From assembly GCA_965233585.1 (NCBI GenBank), contig CBDDTI010000510.1, positions 1 through 11,266 on the forward strand: 11,266 nt of DNA, read 5' to 3'. The position numbers and the translations under genes were made by a program. This stretch comes from a bacterium. GTDB taxonomy: Bacteria; SAR324; NAC60-12. Under the pieces are notes generated by a model, which searched no databases, was not told the DNA's origin, and worked only from the letters and a program-made list of their open reading frames with translations. This document shows, piece by piece, positions 9,117 through 11,266 of the stretch; position 1 is the first letter of the stretch; the number at the start of each line of letters is the position of its first letter.

Positions 9117-9784
9117 TTGTTTTTTACACTGTGCATACAGATAGTTTTACTGCACCATAAGTAATTATTATTCATCATCCATAGTCAGGTAATCACAACA
9201 TACATGTGGCTTTACAAACATGACAACACAATCTCATCAATTAATTTAAGATCAAGTACAATTAAATAAAATTAAAATGACACCTATTAATGAAGGATCT
9301 CCTATAACGTTCTAATTTAACAGCAGGAAAAATAAAATCATGTCCTTTGTTTCGCAAAAATCTCTGTTTCTTAGGAGGTAATAGCTGGTAAATGGGGGTG
9401 GGAAGGCACCGGTGTCTGACATTTGCAGACTGCAGACCGCAGACCGCAGACTGCAGACTGCAGACTACGGACTGCAGACTACTGATTACAGACTTGTTTT
9501 TTTACACTGTGCATACAGATAGTTTTACTGCACCATAAGTAATTATTATTCATCATCCATAGTCAGGTAATCACAACATACATGTGGCTTTACAAACATG
9601 ACAACACAATCTCATCAATTAATTTAAGATCAAGTACAATTAAATAAAATTAAAATGACACCTATTAATGAAGGATCTCCTAATACGTTCTAATTTAACA
9701 GCAGGAAAAATAAAATCATGTCCTTTGTTTTGCAAAAATCTCTGTTTCTTAGGAGGTAATAGCTGGTAAATGGGGGTGGGAAGG
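9117..9784. repeat. 290/291-bp direct duplication (9117-9406 and 9494-9784, offset 378) separated by an 87-bp spacer
   Basis: The copies differ only in T-run length (6 vs 7), CCTATAACG vs CCTAATACG, and TTCGCAA vs TTTGCAA. Confidence 0.97.
9424..9493. repeat. 7-bp tandem array (TGCAGAC/CGCAGAC)n, about 10 units, decaying at the right end
   Basis: tgcagac tgcagac cgcagac cgcagac tgcagac tgcagac tacggac tgcagac tactgat tacagac, preceded by GGTGTCTGACATT. Confidence 0.9.
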
Positions 9785-10110
9785 AGTATCATTGATAGTG
9801 TTCCATGGCTTGCAGTCTCGATTTCTGATAACTCCAGCTATTACATACAGGTTGATGGTTGTTGGTGATACAGGGCCACTTATTTACATCTCATTGAATC
9901 ACAGAGGTGCCTATTGTGTTATGATTCGTTCTTCAATGTCAATGCGATCAAGACCTTGAAATGCCGCTCCCAGGTGAGCTCAGTTCATATAAAACAGGGA
10001 CATGATTAAGAGAAAGAGATCAAATAATTTAGTCAATTGCTGTTTAGGATATCCAAAATATTTACAAACGCGTAGAATGTATAAACGACTACTAGCTTTG
10101 CTTAGCAAAT
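9540..10110 (-). mobile_element. 5'-truncated, degraded CR1/L2-group (Crack/Daphne-like) LINE: ORF2 C-terminus and 3' UTR
   Basis: Minus strand reads NLLSKASSRLYILRVCKYFGYPKQQLTKLFD..LIMSLFY / GAAFQGLDRID / NLYVIAGVIRNRDCKPWNTINDTPSHP / YQLLPPKKQRFLQNKGHDFIFPAVKLERIRRSFINRCHFNFI* (stop near 9640). This is typical of the post-RT region of these LINEs (KA..RLY.LR, HPL..LLPP, T.RF..SF). Confidence 0.85.
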
Positions 10111-10119
10111 TGTGTTCAT

Positions 10120-10906
10120 TTTCAAACAAGCGGGGTTTAAAACGGAGTTGTGTCGGAAATTCTGGGCACATTTTGTAGCATTCTTGATAAGGTGTACTTA
10201 TAAAAACCCTCTCCAAACACCACATGCGATCGGAAATTGAGAAGAAAAACATGCGGTTATAGTAAGACTTAAGTCATTCTGTTCACCTCAAGTTGCATGA
10301 GGTTAATACTATTTTTGCATTGACAATTTAAACTCACTTAAACTAAAATAATGCCTCTGGTAACATTTACAAGAATCATCTGCAAATAAGTTTAATTTGT
10401 TTGACAGTCGTACGCGTGGAAACCGACGTAATGCTTCGGGAAAATCTGCACTAAAAACGCCAAAATACAAACGCGATGCCAGCCGTTTATACTTCTTTGT
10501 TTACAGATTAACTGTTTCCAGGCAGAAGAGGCTGTTGAAAAACTCAAAAGCAAAACATACCGTTCCAAAGTAAGTCATTCTGTTCACTTCGCCCTTCGCG
10601 AAACTATCGTCCGCCATTTTGAATTTTAAGCAACCTATTGTTTCCGATTGTTTGATTCAGCCAATCAGGAGAGACCTTGTAAGAGCTGTATGGCATCCGG
10701 ACGCTGTGTCGGACAGCGTCCGGATGGCCATACATTTCTTTGTAAATTTTGACATTTTCAAACGGCTGTATCTTGCTTACGTTTGGGTCAATTTACACCA
10801 AACTTGGGGATTTTGTAACGCTTGGTCTGCACTTTATGACTATGTGGATCAATAGTTGTTAATCCCATAATTTACAGACTCGTACCTAGTCCTTCACGGT
10901 TTGAAA
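10120..10906. mobile_element. Non-autonomous DNA-transposon-like element with short TTTCAAAC...GTTTGAAA inverted ends
   Basis: 8-bp inverted termini (10120-10127 / 10899-10906), an internal 17-bp direct repeat TAAGTCATTCTGTTCAC (10270-10286, 10571-10587) and an internal hairpin 10687-10734. The right half resembles a recalled coral repeat. It abuts the truncated 5' end of the LINE. Confidence 0.55.
10561..10617 (-). CDS. Candidate first exon MADDSFAKGEVNRMTYFGT inside the repeat element
   Basis: ttcaaaATGGCG start context, 57 nt open, ACG|GTATGT donor at 10560. No convincing downstream exon was found. Confidence 0.25.
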
Positions 10907-11149
10907 CTAGGCAATGTCGCTGTAAGCATGCTAGCCTTCAGACAAACAGGAGAAGTACTATAACTGAGCACATTGTGAAGCCCTTTTCCGTTGAGGAAGC
11001 TGGCATAATCAAAAAAGAACATAAAATGACTTATAATTCTGCGTAGTTTTACTTTAAAGAAAAAAGAATAAATACACCCATTGTACCACAGGTTGCCCAA
11101 GCTCTCTGGTTACCCAAAATAAAGGGAAAATATAATAAAATCGACTTAC

Positions 11150-11183
11150 CTTTTCTTGTTGAGTGTATAACTTCTGTTTCCAT
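11150..11183 (-). CDS. Candidate first coding exon METEVIHSTRK(G), phase-1 donor; gene unknown
   Basis: Strong Kozak context aacgccATGG (ATG at 11183), a consensus AAG|GTAAGT donor (11149-11144), a CpG-richer leader and a TATATA element about 60 nt upstream (11243-11251). Confidence 0.4.
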
Positions 11184-11266
11184 GGCGTTTGGAGGCGTTT
11201 TAGAGCGATTCTAGCGAGATTTAGCTTCGCTGTATTCCTCTCTATATATAATTCCTCAAGGTAGGG

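Noticed and set aside
9117..9784. LTR pair / TRIM interpretation of the 290-bp direct repeats
   Set aside because: No TG...CA ends, PBS, PPT or TSD. The repeated unit is LINE ORF2 and 3' UTR sequence that continues without a break beyond 9784.

Overview
AT-rich, repeat-dense animal genomic DNA. The interspersed repeats resemble families I associate with stony corals (Scleractinia); this is recall, not a database result. None of the supplied ORFs is a credible intact gene. The main element is an intron-containing NUBP2/Cfd1 pseudogene (cytosolic Fe-S cluster scaffold P-loop NTPase) on the minus strand. It has three recognisable coding exons (2565-2681, 1370-1456, 825-936) with GT-AG borders and consistent splice phases, but it carries frameshifts, stop codons and a deletion through the Walker A loop. 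A CCAAT-containing promoter-like segment lies just upstream (about 2745-2812). Next comes a ~1.84 kb 8/9-bp minisatellite (TGTTGCCC[A/T]; 3046-4882) with higher-order structure. The remainder is a mosaic of MITE-like foldback elements, non-autonomous DNA-transposon-like repeats, an RTE-type LINE 3' fragment (+) and a CR1/L2-group LINE 3' fragment (-). The 3' end of the minus-strand LINE is duplicated (290 bp direct repeat) around a (GCAGACY)n array. Two candidate minus-strand first exons lie near the right end. I found no evidence of a prokaryotic system, CRISPR array or structural RNA gene.
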